Both the position numbers and the translations under genes were made by a program. From Octopus bimaculoides (taxonomy: Eukaryota): a stretch of DNA of 64,000 nucleotides. The notes below the pieces were generated by a model. It was given only the letters and a program-made list of their open reading frames with translations, did no database searches and was not told the origin of the DNA. Below, piece by piece: positions 1 through 11,513 of this stretch. Numbering within the stretch: position 1 is the first letter of the stretch; each line of letters begins with the position of its first letter. The stretch spans positions 22,047,039-22,111,038 of the forward strand of contig NC_068987.1 in the NCBI RefSeq assembly GCF_001194135.2. The letters are read 5' to 3'.

Positions 1-336
1 ATCAACGGAACAGCCTGCTCGGGAAATTAACGTGCAAGTGGCTGAGCACTCCACAGACACGTGTACCCTTAACGTAGTTCTCGGGGATATTCAGCGTGAC
101 ACAGTGTGACAAGGCTGACCCTTTGGATTACAGGCTCAACAGAAACAGGAAGTCAGAGTGAGAGAAAGTTGTGGTGGAAGAGTACAGCAGGGTTCGCCAC
201 CATCCCCTGTCGGAGCTTCGTGGAGCTTTAGGTGTTTTCGCTCAATAAACACTCACAACGCCCGGTCTGGGAATCGAAACCGCGATCCTATGACCGCGAA
301 CCCGCTGCCTTAACCACTGGGCCATTGCGCTTCCAC
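1..336 (-). mobile_element. tRNA-derived SINE, family A (~380 bp, (CAA)n tail), truncated by the window edge
   Basis: Reverse complement begins with a tRNA-like head (A box TGGCCCAGTGG, B box GGTTTCGATTCC). Near-identical to the copies at 16721, 23643, 27792 and 39393. Confidence 0.9.
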
Positions 337-632
337 CACTAAGCTACACACACTCACCAAGAAGGACTATGTCTAAATTGCAATGCATTTTTCCATTCTC
401 CCTTGAGCGTTGAACTAATAATATTGACCATGAACGTCTCTTCTGCTTTGGTTTTTTTTTTTGTACTTTAGTTCTTGTATTTTCTCTTTGTTATATGTCT
501 GTATGTGTTTGTGATTGCAGGTGGTTGTCAGGTGTGTTCAACAAAAGAACATTATACAATCATCACTTCCTCTCCACCCTTCTCCTGTACCTGTGATTAC
601 TGCAGTTAGGGTTCAATTCTTGGCAACTTAGA

Positions 633-1659
633 AAAGGCAGACTGTATGACGCATGCGTACGAACAGCCATGCTACATGGCAGTGAAACATGGGCTGTAAC
701 TGCTGAGGACATACGTAAGCTAGCAAGGAATGAAGCCAGTATGCTCCGTTGGATGTGTAATGTCAATGTGAATACCCGTCAGAGTGTAAGTATCTTGAGA
801 GAAAAGCTGAACATTAGAAGCATCAGTTGTGGTGTGCAAGAGAGACGATTGCGCTGGTATGGACATGTGGTGAGAATGGATGAGGATAGCTGCGTGAAAA
901 AGTGCCACACCCTAACAGTTGAGGGAACCCGTGGAAGAGGTAGGCCCAGGAAGACCTGGGCTGAGGTGNNNNNNNNNNNNNNNNNNNNNNNNNNNNNNNN
1001 NNNNNNNNNNNNNNNNNNNNNNNNNNNNNNNNNNNNNNNNNNNNNNNNNNNNNNNNNNNNNNNNNNNNNNNNNNNNNNNNNNNNNNNNNNNNNNNNNNNN
1101 NNNNNNNNNNNNNNNNNNNNNNNNNNNNNNNNNNNNNNNNNNNNNNNNNNNNNNNNNNNNNNNNNNNNNNNNNNNNNNNNNNNNNNNNNNNNNNNNNNNN
1201 NNNNNNNNNNNNNNNNNNNNNNNNNNNNNNNNNNNNNNNNNNNNNNNNNNNNNNNNNNNNNNNNNNNNNNNNNNNNNNNNNNNNNNNNNNNNNNNNNNNN
1301 NNNNNNNNNNNNNNNNNNNNNNNNNNNNNNNNNNNNNNNNNNNNNNNNNNNNNNNNNNNNNNNNNNNNNNNNNNNNNNNNNNNNNNNNNNNNNNNNNNNN
1401 NNNNNNNNNNNNNNNNNNNNNNNNNNNNNNNACATAAAAGACACCATTTCGAGTGTGGCCGTTTTCGTGCGGGGTGACACGTAAAAGCACCCACTACACT
1501 CTCTGAGTGGTTGGTGTTAGGAAGGGCATCCAGCTGTAGAAACTCTGCCAAATTAGATTGGAGCCTGGTGTTGCCATCCGGTTTCACCAGTCCTCAGTCA
1601 AATCGTCCAACCCATGCTAGCATGGAAAGCGGACGTTAAACGATGATGATGATGATGAT
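633..1659 (+). mobile_element. RTE-clade LINE, 3' fragment (ORF2 C-terminus + 3' UTR + (GAT)n tail), interrupted by N-gap 969-1431
   Basis: Open frame KGRLYDACVRTAMLHGSETW...RLRWYGHVVRM...EGTRGRGRPRKTW matches the RTE ORF2 C-terminal motifs. After the gap comes the tail ...AGCATGGAAAGCGGACGTTAAAC(GAT)n. Confidence 0.88.
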
Positions 1660-1679
1660 TAGAGAAGAGAAAACTAATG

Positions 1680-1954
1680 TTGTTGATGATGATGATGATA
1701 GTGATGATGATGATGACATCGGCCATAAGGATGACAGTGATGAGAATGGTGGTGGTGGTGGTGGTGGTGTTGATGATGATGATGATGGTGTGGAAGTGGA
1801 GTTGCGGGTTGTGATGATGATGATGATGATGATGATGATAATGATAATTGGGAGTGGAGATGGTGACGATGATGATGATGCTTTATTTTTTCATTGTCTT
1901 GGCTTGTGACCAGCAAACAGCTCCGTCTGTCTGAATGCATGTGTGTCTATACAT

Positions 1955-2002
<48 letters not shown>

Positions 2003-2212
2003 TCTGTAGTGTCTGTTGTATTGGTAGTTGTAGTGGTTGTTGTTGTTGTTGTTAATTACACTTGACTGTTGTTATTTTCAGAGTGTACTGACCACTGACC
2101 AGTCTGTCGGTCATTGCTTAGTCTTCTTAATTTCCTGTACACCAAATTACTGCTATCCTGAAGTCTGACCACTGCTTGTTATATTCATCCTCCATACCTT
2201 TAGATGTATGAG

Positions 2213-2260
<48 letters not shown>

Positions 2261-2517
2261 CAGTGCTCATGTACTCATACATGTAAGTGGGTGTATGTGT
2301 GTTTGAGAGTGTGTATGTGTGTGCATGTATGTGTGATGTATACTCGTTGAGTGTGAAGTATTTGTAAATACACACACACACACACACACACGCACACACA
2401 CAATAAAAGTGAGAAAGAGAATGTGTGTATATGTTTGCATGTATGTGTCCAGTACCTGTGTATGTATGTGTGGGCATGCCAGTACCCATGTACTCAAGTG
2501 AGTGTATGTGTGTGTTT

Positions 2518-2580
<63 letters not shown>
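1680..2580. repeat. Microsatellite mosaic: (GAT)n, (GGT)n, (CA)n, (GT)n
   Basis: Directly visible simple repeats leading into N-gap 2581-3180. Confidence 0.9.
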
Positions 2581-3845
2581 NNNNNNNNNNNNNNNNNNNN
2601 NNNNNNNNNNNNNNNNNNNNNNNNNNNNNNNNNNNNNNNNNNNNNNNNNNNNNNNNNNNNNNNNNNNNNNNNNNNNNNNNNNNNNNNNNNNNNNNNNNNN
2701 NNNNNNNNNNNNNNNNNNNNNNNNNNNNNNNNNNNNNNNNNNNNNNNNNNNNNNNNNNNNNNNNNNNNNNNNNNNNNNNNNNNNNNNNNNNNNNNNNNNN
2801 NNNNNNNNNNNNNNNNNNNNNNNNNNNNNNNNNNNNNNNNNNNNNNNNNNNNNNNNNNNNNNNNNNNNNNNNNNNNNNNNNNNNNNNNNNNNNNNNNNNN
2901 NNNNNNNNNNNNNNNNNNNNNNNNNNNNNNNNNNNNNNNNNNNNNNNNNNNNNNNNNNNNNNNNNNNNNNNNNNNNNNNNNNNNNNNNNNNNNNNNNNNN
3001 NNNNNNNNNNNNNNNNNNNNNNNNNNNNNNNNNNNNNNNNNNNNNNNNNNNNNNNNNNNNNNNNNNNNNNNNNNNNNNNNNNNNNNNNNNNNNNNNNNNN
3101 NNNNNNNNNNNNNNNNNNNNNNNNNNNNNNNNNNNNNNNNNNNNNNNNNNNNNNNNNNNNNNNNNNNNNNNNNNNNNNNNATAATGGTTTATTAAAATGG
3201 AAGGTTGTGGATTTTTTTCTGTATCGAAGTACAATAAACTGAAGAAAATTCTTTTTATATTTCATGCTAAGCGACCAGGATTGCCAGGTGCGCGAATAAG
3301 AATACATTTCTTAACTCTTATATATATATATATAAACTCTATCCATAAAATATATTTCTAACTTTGCCATTGTTCTCTTTATCCTTTTCTCTATTTATAC
3401 ATACACACGCTAATACACGACCTATGTTATAATCACCAAACTTGTTTATACAACGAATGGGGCAAAACTAGCTGGTATACAGCACTTACTCGGTGTTACC
3501 TGTATCTTTGGGTTTGGTTAAATCCAATACCCTCCTTAACCTTATATATAAATATATATACACACACACACACACGCAAACACATATCTAGCTATCCATC
3601 CATCCATCCATTTATATATATATAAATATAATTAAGGGATCAGCAAAATATTTGCTTCACTATATACCGAAATAAATATAAATATAAATATATGAACTTT
3701 TTTTGAATAAGTTCTCCACCAATAATGGTGCTTTCATACCGTTGGGCTTGGTAAAAATTATTAATTATTAATTGATTTATTAATTAATAAATTGATAATT
3801 CCTTTACCCTTTTAATTTGTAACATTTATATATATATTTATATGT

Positions 3846-3886
<41 letters not shown>

Positions 3887-4215
3887 GACACACACATACA
3901 CAGACAGACACACAATGCAATACTGAATTTTCGAACACTGATGGCCTAGAACCTCTCAGAATCTGTACTAATTCCTGTGGCTTTCAGGCTAGTTCACTGC
4001 TACCTTACACAGTATGAATGAGCTTGCATTGATTATTACTAATGTACAGGTAACTGTATTCCGTTTCATTATTCAAGTTAATTCAATACTTGTTTACATT
4101 GGGTAGAGTTCATGAAGGTGACCACCCATAGTTTGGAAAAATCAGCCATTCTGGAAGGGTTTTGAAACCAAATGTTCTGGAAAATTGATGTTGTACTCCT
4201 TTATGTGTGTGTGTG

Positions 4216-4363
4216 TGTGTGGTAAGAAGCTTCCTTCCCAACCACATGGTTCTGGGTTCAGTCCCACTGTGTGGCACCTTGGGCAAGTGTCTTGTACCAT
4301 AGCCTTGTGACGACCAAAACCTTGTGAGTGGATTTAGTAGATAGAAATGGAGAAACTCATCAT
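4216..4363 (+). mobile_element. tRNA-derived CORE-like SINE, family B (5' half)
   Basis: GTGTGGTAAGAAGCTT...GGTTCAGTCCCACTG...GGCACCTTGGGCAAGTGTCTT. The CCTTGGGCAAGT segment resembles the MIR/CORE domain. More than 20 copies in the window. Confidence 0.85.
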
Positions 4364-4388
4364 GTATATATGTATATGTATGTGTGCG

Positions 4389-4427
<39 letters not shown>

Positions 4428-4454
4428 ATATATATATATATATGTATATATATA

Positions 4455-4617
4455 CACTCTTTTACTCTTTAACTTGTTTNNNNNNNNNNNNNNNNNNNNN
4501 NNNNNNNNNNNNNNNNNNNNNNNNNNNNNNNNNNNNNNNNNNNNNNNNNNNNNNNNNNNNNNNNNNNNNNNNNNNNNNNNNNNNNNNNNNNNNNNNNNNN
4601 NNNNNNNNNNNNNNNNN

Positions 4618-4652
<35 letters not shown>

Positions 4653-4809
4653 TACGACGGGCTTCCTTCAGTTTCCGTCTACTAAATCCACTCACAAGGC
4701 TTTGGTTGGCCCGAGGCTATAATAGAAGACACTTGCCTAAGGTGCCATGCAGTGGGACTGAACCCGGAACCATGTGGTTCATAAGCAAGCTACTTATCAC
4801 ACAGCCACT
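4455..4809 (-). mobile_element. Family B SINE spanning N-gap 4480-4617
   Basis: Tail remnant CTTTTACTCTTTAACTTGTTT lies before the gap and the head (…CACACAGCCACT) after it. Confidence 0.82.
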
Positions 4810-5688
4810 ATATAATATACATATATATGAGTGTGTGTCTGTGTTTACATCCCCGTAACTTAACCAAAAGACCAATAGAAAAATATACCAGGTTTACGAA
4901 AAAAATTAATTAGTGGTATCAATTGAGTTTGACTAAAAATTCTTCATGGCGGTGCCCCAGCATGGCCACAGCTTAATGCCTGAAGCAAAATTTAAAGGAT
5001 AGAAGATATGCATGTATGTTTGTATGTAAAAAGTAATCATTGGATGTTGTGGCAGTTGTAGATAAAACATGCTTGATTATATATAAATATAAGTCTACTC
5101 AGTCAAGACAGACCTAGGGTTAAACAACAGTCTTGTCATTATGGCTTATCATAGCCAATGTTTATTGTATTAACTGACCTGTTAACCCCACTTAAAGGTC
5201 ATATCCCTTTACAGGTCACATCCTTAAGGATCAGTGGTTTAGATAAGTGCTAATATTTAAAGGGGTGGGTGGTGGGGGTAGAGGTGGCAGTGACTAACTG
5301 TGGTGGAGGTAGTCTTCCTCCTTTGGCATGTTTGTGTATGTGTGTTTATAAGTATGTATGCATATGTTTGTATGTATGTATGTATGTATGTATGTATGTA
5401 TGTATGTATGTGTCTGTGTCTTTCTGTGTGAGTGCATGTCTTTGTGTATTAGGTTGTATGTGTTGGTGTCTGTGTTTGCAAGTGTTTGTGTATGTATGTA
5501 CTTCTCAGTAGCCCAATTTGCATGTGCCTATGCGTATGAGCTTCGGAGTAGCTGTGTTTGTAGGTGTTCTGTGCATGTAAAAAATGTGTGTGCATATGAG
5601 TGCGTTTTTGCACATATAGGTATATATATGTGTGTGTATCTGTGTGCATACAAGTGTCTTTCTGTATGAAGATATGTGTGTATTTATA

Positions 5689-5737
<49 letters not shown>

Positions 5738-6069
5738 CCACAAGGATGTATGTATGTCTTTGCATACAAGTACGTGTATGCAATGCATGTGTGTGAGTGA
5801 ACTGGTTTTTGTTCTCCATGTAAGCATAAAGTAAATATATAAATGGATCTCAGTCAGTATCTACAATGACTATTTCAATTATTCAATCAACTGATTGTTC
5901 ATTATATGATAATACTAGTGGCTGAGTACTCCTTAGATGCTTGTGCCATTAACATAATTCTCAAGCAGAGTCAGAGTAACATTGAATACATCAATGAAAG
6001 CCCTTTGAATTACAGTCCTTCTGGTGTTATAATAAAAGCTGGATGAGTATTTCACAGACATTTGTGCCC

Positions 6070-6294
6070 CTAATCCTCTAGCATTGAGATTACTCTGTCA
6101 AATATAAAGCTTCTTTATTCACAGTGCTTTGAATTAATCATGCATTATCTCATAGCTTTGAGATTCCCATGATGTGATTATTTACTTTTAGAATGACATT
6201 GCAGGGTAGATGTGAGAGGCTGGATCTGGCTAGTTTGAACATAAAGCAAGTAGAATATGTTCATTTATAGCTGGTTTAAATGCTGAAGATTTAA
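6070..6294. mobile_element. Decayed piggyBac-like MITE (~220 bp)
   Basis: Similar in the opposite orientation to 43468-43682. Degenerate termini (C)TAATCCTCTAGCATT...AAATGCTGAAGATTTAA. Confidence 0.6.
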
Positions 6295-6452
6295 TGTAAT
6301 CTCCAAGTATAAATGTATGCTAAGACCAATCAGTTGTATTACTGGTACAGTTCATTTGGAAGGCTTCCACAGTTTTCGTCTCCCCAGGTTTACTCAGACT
6401 TATGTTGACACTCCATTGTACCTTGAAGGTGTGTCCTGACATACCTCTACCA

Positions 6453-6487
<35 letters not shown>

Positions 6488-6639
6488 TGTCTATCTTTCT
6501 CTCCAACTCTTTCTTTTCCAACTGAGGTAGCCAAGTATCTCCTCTACGGAAAGACACCTATTCCTATCCCTGTTATACTTTATAACCTCTCAGGTGGTAC
6601 AAAGCCACACCCCTTAATATTACTCCTCTACCTAATTGA

Positions 6640-6885
6640 AGGGTTTTAGCCTTGCAAGTTACTTCATGAATCTGCTGGTGCTGGTGTCACCTAAAAAGCA
6701 CTCAGTACACTCTTTGAAGTTGTTGGCATTAGAAAGGGCACCCGGCCATAAAACCCCCGCCAAGCAGACAATGGAGCCTGGTGCAGTTCTGTGACTTGTC
6801 AGGTCCTACCAAACTATCCAACCTATGCCAGCATGGGAAATGGACATTAAATGATGATGATGATGACGGCGATGACGATGATGAT
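6640..6885 (+). mobile_element. Non-autonomous retroposon/LINE remnant with RTE-type 3' tail
   Basis: GCTGGTG…TAAAAAGCAC…GAAAGGGCA…CCTATGCCAGCATGGGAAATGGACATTAAAT(GAT)n. Confidence 0.75.
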
Positions 6886-6899
6886 AAAAAAACTTATGA

Positions 6900-7052
6900 G
6901 GCACAGATATGGCTGCATGGTTAAGAAGTTTGCTTCCCAACCACATGATTTTCAGTTCAGTCCCACTGCATGGGACTCTGAACAACTATAGTCTTAGACC
7001 AGCCCGAACCTTGTGAATGGATTTGGTAGATGAAAACTGAAAAAAGCCTGTA
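6900..7052 (+). mobile_element. Family B SINE, diverged 5' half
   Basis: GGCTGCATGGTTAAGAAGTTTGCTTCCCAACCACATG…TTCAGTCCCACTGC…CTTGTGAATGGATTTGGTAGA. Confidence 0.75.
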
Positions 7053-7069
7053 ATATATCATCATCATCT

Positions 7070-7203
7070 TGACATCCAGCTGTAGAAACTCTGCTAAATC
7101 AGATTGGAGCTTGGTGTAGCCATCTGGTTTCACCAGTCCTCAGCCAAATCGTCCAACCCATGCTAACATGGAAAGCAGACGTTAAACGATGATGATGATG
7201 ATG
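7070..7203 (+). mobile_element. RTE-type 3' tail fragment
   Basis: CATCCAGCTGTAGAAACTCTGC…CCCATGCTAACATGGAAAGCAGACGTTAAAC(GAT)n, matching 1525-1659. Confidence 0.8.
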
Positions 7204-7747
7204 TGGGGGTGGTTGTGTGAGATGATGGAGTTGGACTGTATTTGGGTGAGTGGAGGCTTGTGAGCGAGAGATGTGTTTGTGTGTATTTAATGGAGTGTAT
7301 GGAGGGTGGTGAGGGATGAATTTTGTTTTGAAGTTTGAAATGAATTGAGTGACACTGAGTTTAGTTTGGAGGTGAAAAATGAGATGCACTTACCTGTATG
7401 TTCTCTAATTATCTACCTGTCTGTCTACCAACTATTATGTGTGTATGGCTATATGTATCTGCTAGTCTGTCTGTCTATACGTTCACGGATGCATGCATGC
7501 ATACATACATACATACATATATATGGATGTGTGTGTGTATGTATTCATACCTATATGTGTGTGTGTGTATACATAACTATGTATGTATGCAAAGATGTAC
7601 ACATAGCTACTGTGTATATATATGTATATATTTATATATATACATACACACATACATAGACTCATGTTTTTAGATATATATACATATATGTGTGTGTATG
7701 TACACAGTTATATATGTATATATATGTATACATAGATATCTATGTAT

Positions 7748-7792
<45 letters not shown>

Positions 7793-8073
7793 NNNNNNNN
7801 NNNNNNNNNNNNNNNNNNNNNNNNNNNNNNNNNNNNNNNNNNNNNNNNNNNNNNNNNNNNNNNNNNNNNNNNNNNNNNNNNNNNNNNNNNNNNNNNNNNN
7901 NNNNNNNNNNNNNNNNNNNNNNNNNNNNNNNNNNNNNNNNNNNNNNNNNNNNNNNNNNNNNNNNNNNNNNNNNNNNNNNNNNNNNNNNNNNNNNNNNNNN
8001 NNNNNNNNNNNNNNNNNNNNNNNNNNNNNNNNNNNNNNNNNNNNNNNNNNNNNNNNNNNNNNNNNNNNNNNNN

Positions 8074-8122
<49 letters not shown>

Positions 8123-8391
8123 TAATACACACATGTACACCAGATATATGTATTTATGTGATTCTCTATGTCTGTCTCCATTGATTTCTGTCTCTCCTTA
8201 CACCTACTCTATTCTCTCTCTCTCTCTCTCTCTCTCCAACCTTTATCTCCCTCCCTCCTCTCCCTCCCTCCTCTCCCTCCCTCCTTTCCCTCCTCCTCTT
8301 CCTCTCCCTCCTCTCTTTCCCAACTTCTCCCCACTTTTATATATCCGATATTGGGCAGTCTTCCCTCTTCCAGGATGTTTCATTTTCAGCT

Positions 8392-8405
8392 GTTGTCATG
8401 GTAAC
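8392..8405. promoter_or_regulatory. Candidate RFX X-box
   Basis: GTTGTCATGGTAAC is a full match to GTHNYY-AT-RRNAAC, in a short unique island. Motif evidence only. Confidence 0.3.
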
Positions 8406-8756
8406 ACGGATAGCCTTGATGAAGGAAAGATCGAAAGAGCGATCAAATGAATGAGCAAAAGAACAAAAACGGTTTTGAGGGTGGGTGTGTTGGAAAGGAA
8501 TGAGAGAGAGGAATGAATGAAGGTAAGAAGAAAGGAGAGAGAGAATAGAGGAATGAAAATATAAAGAGAGCAATAAATAAAATAAGAGGTAAAGAATGAA
8601 AGAATGGTAAAAAAAAAAAGAAAAACTGAAGAATGAAATAATGAAAGAATTGGGGAACGAAACAATGACGGAAGATTTGGAGATTTAAATAAGGGAGGAG
8701 GAAGAATGAAAGGATGAGGGAAGAAGACTTGAGGAATGGAAAAAATGAAGGAAGAT

Positions 8757-9060
8757 GGATTGAGGAATGGAAGATTGAAAGAGGAAGAATTGAGGAATGA
8801 AAGAATGAATGAGCAAGAATTGAGGAATGAAACAATGAATGAGCTAGGATTGAGGAATGAAAGAATGAATGAGCAAGAATTGAGGAATGAATGAAAGAAT
8901 GAATGAGCAAGAATTGAGGAATGAAAGAATGAATGAGCAAGAATTGAGGAATGAAAGAATGAATGAGCAAGAATTGAGGAATGAAACAACGAATGAGCTA
9001 GGATTGAGGAATGAAAGAATGAATGAGCAAGAATTGAGGAATGAAAGAATGAATGAAATA
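8757..9060. repeat. 30-bp purine-rich minisatellite (GAATTGAGGAATGAAAGAATGAATGAGCAA), ~9-10 units
   Basis: Tandem units are visible. The variant unit AACAA(T/C)GAATGAGCTAGGATTG recurs twice. Confidence 0.9.
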
Positions 9061-9946
9061 AGGAAATAGGAATGGTAAGAATGGTGGAAGAGAAATAAAT
9101 GTGGAATGATTTTTAGCTCTAGTCACAGAACGATGAGAAGAGAAATTTGATTGTGATGGGATTTGAGCTCAGAACATCTCTGTCTGTCACCCCTCCAAGT
9201 ATCTGATGTTGAAGAGGAGATAAGTACTCCAAAATGCATGAATCCATCAATCTGGCTAAGGAGAACTTTGAACTGACTTATTGTGTTTACACCTATTTGT
9301 CTACAGCAAGAAAATTTTTTCCATGACAAAACAAAATGAATGACTTTCGTACAGGAAAGTCTCAAGTAATGTTTGAACTGGTAACAAGTTTATGTAATAA
9401 CACCTGTTTGCTAACAAGCACAAGGCCTGTGATTTGTAGGGACTAACCAATTACTATAGAGCCCAGTAATTGTCTGGTACTTTATTTACAGGATGAGGAG
9501 TAAAGTTGTACTCTGACTGTAAAGAGTCGGAGTAAATACTGCAAAGCATAATATCTGAAGTTTGCACTATTCTACTCATCCACTGCTCTAAATACTGTCA
9601 CTACTACTACTTATGAGTTTTAACATAGCAGGCGTGGCTGGGTGGTAGGAAGCTTGCTCCCAACCTCATCGTTCTGGGTTCAGTCTGCTGTGAGGCACAT
9701 GGGTAAGTGTTTTCTTCTGCAATTTTGTTCGTCTTGATGGGTCTTCTTCTCAAGCACGATGCAGACCCAATGATAATAATAACAATAATAATAATGATGA
9801 TAATAATAATAATAATAATAATAATAATATTGCTTTCTACTATAGACACAAGGACTGGAATTTTGTGCGGAGGGGAATAATCAGTTACAAAGCTCAACTG
9901 GTAAGCTTTTGTCTGGTGTGCTAATGGTTCTGTCGCCCCACTGCCT

Positions 9947-9977
<31 letters not shown>

Positions 9978-10156
9978 TGTTCTTTCCAGGCACAAGGCCT
10001 GGAATTTGTGGGATGGAAACTAGTTGATAACATTGACCCCTAGTATTTGACTGGTACTTATTTCATTGACTCTGAAAGGATGAAAGGCAAGGTTGACACT
10101 GGCAGAATTTGAATAATGTGCCATCAACACATAGAAAGACTGTCATGCCCTTAGAC

Positions 10157-10783
10157 CAGTAGTTCTCAACCATTTTTTGCCTTTAGACTCCTTTGGTTCC
10201 TCTTTTATTCAGGTACACCCTCGTAGCCATTCAATGCTTAAAAAGGAATTGTATAAAAAAATTATTAAAATATTTTAAGTATTGCGTAAGGCACAGGAGT
10301 GGCTGTGTGGTAAGTAGCTTGCTTATGAACCACATGGTTCTGGGTTCAGTCCCACTGCACGGCACTTTGGGCAAGTGTCTTCTACTATAGCCTCGGGCTG
10401 ATCAAAGCCTTGTGAGTGGATTTGGTAGACGGAAACTGAAAGAAGCCCGTTGTATGTGTGTGTATATGTTTGTGTGTCTGTGTTTGTCCCCCCCCCCCTC
10501 CGCCAGCATCGCTTGACAACCGATGCTGGTGTGTTTACGTCCCCATAACTTAGCGGTTCGGCAAAAGAGATCGATAGAATAAGTACTAGGCTTACAAAGT
10601 CCTGGGGTCGATTTGCTTGACTAAAGGTGGTGCTCAAGCATGGCCACAGTCAAAATGACTGAAACAAGTAAAAGAGTAAAGAGAGTACTGTAGAATCATA
10701 ACCAATTTATTGCACGTAAATTTTAACGCCAAAGTCTTATGTGACCCCCAAGGGTCAAATGGACTCCATTTGAGAACCCCCTG
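10157..10783. mobile_element. hAT (Charlie-like) MITE interrupted by a family B SINE
   Basis: TIRs CAGTAGTTCTCAAC…TTGAGAACCCCCTG. Flanking 8-mers CCTTAGAC/CTTTAGAT (6/8, central TA). Internal sequence is shared with 27181-27432. Confidence 0.7.
10289..10686 (+). mobile_element. Full-length family B SINE
   Basis: Head GGAGTGGCTGTGTGGTAAG, internal (TG/TA) tract, 3' half ending CAAAATGACTGAAACAAGTAAAAGAGTAAAGAG. Confidence 0.9.
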
Positions 10784-10949
10784 CTTTAGATGACTAAAGG
10801 GTTTTCTTGACTCAACATTGTCTTTGCTTGTTCACTGACCAATTTACAGAAGGGATTGAGTGTATTTTATCGTAGCACCAAATCTTACAGAGACTGCCAA
10901 ATGAAAAGGGCCTCTAGGGTGTCATTGGAAGGAGATTTTGTAGCTACAT

Positions 10950-11280
10950 GTGAGACCCCCTTTGGTCATGAATGACCATGGGATTGCACCTACAAAGTTA
11001 CCCTCCAAGGCACAAGTCCAGGCAAGGTTGTTTATAGAAGACCAGCAGTTATCCAAGGGAAATGTTATCCAAGGGAAAGGCAAAGGCCGATACAGCTTGG
11101 CACCAGTGACGTCGCAACTCATTTCTACAGCTGAGTGAACTGAAGCAATGTGAAATAAAGTGTCTTACTCAAGAACACAACGTGCAGCCTGATCCGGGAA
11201 TCAAACTCACAACCTCACAATCATAAGCTCACAACCTCACAGCCTCATGATCATAAGCTCGTCGCTCTAACATTGAAGTA
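10950..11280 (-). mobile_element. tRNA-derived SINE, family E
   Basis: Reverse complement has a tRNA-like head with a locally duplicated segment, then GTTGTGTTCTTGAGTAAGACAC. Homologous to 32093-32352. Confidence 0.7.
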
Positions 11281-11513
11281 GCAGACATCTGATTGAAGGT
11301 GTTCTGGCCATGATCTTCCCATCATTTTGTATATCTAATACAGTAATCTGATATAATGTGTGCTTCCCTATTTGGGACAAATGGACATGATTTGAGGAAG
11401 ATTTGGTTGCTATTTCTAGCATGTCAAACCCTGTTGGAAACAGTAATAGAAGTGGCAAAAGAGCAGGCTGTTCTTCAGCCCTAGGTCAGCCTTGTTTGAG
11501 CAGATTTATGATC

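Noticed and set aside
8396-9069. Repeat-protein ORFs (SSILAHSFFH / RMNEQELRNE)
   Set aside because: Produced by a 30-bp minisatellite; no splice, start-context or homology support.
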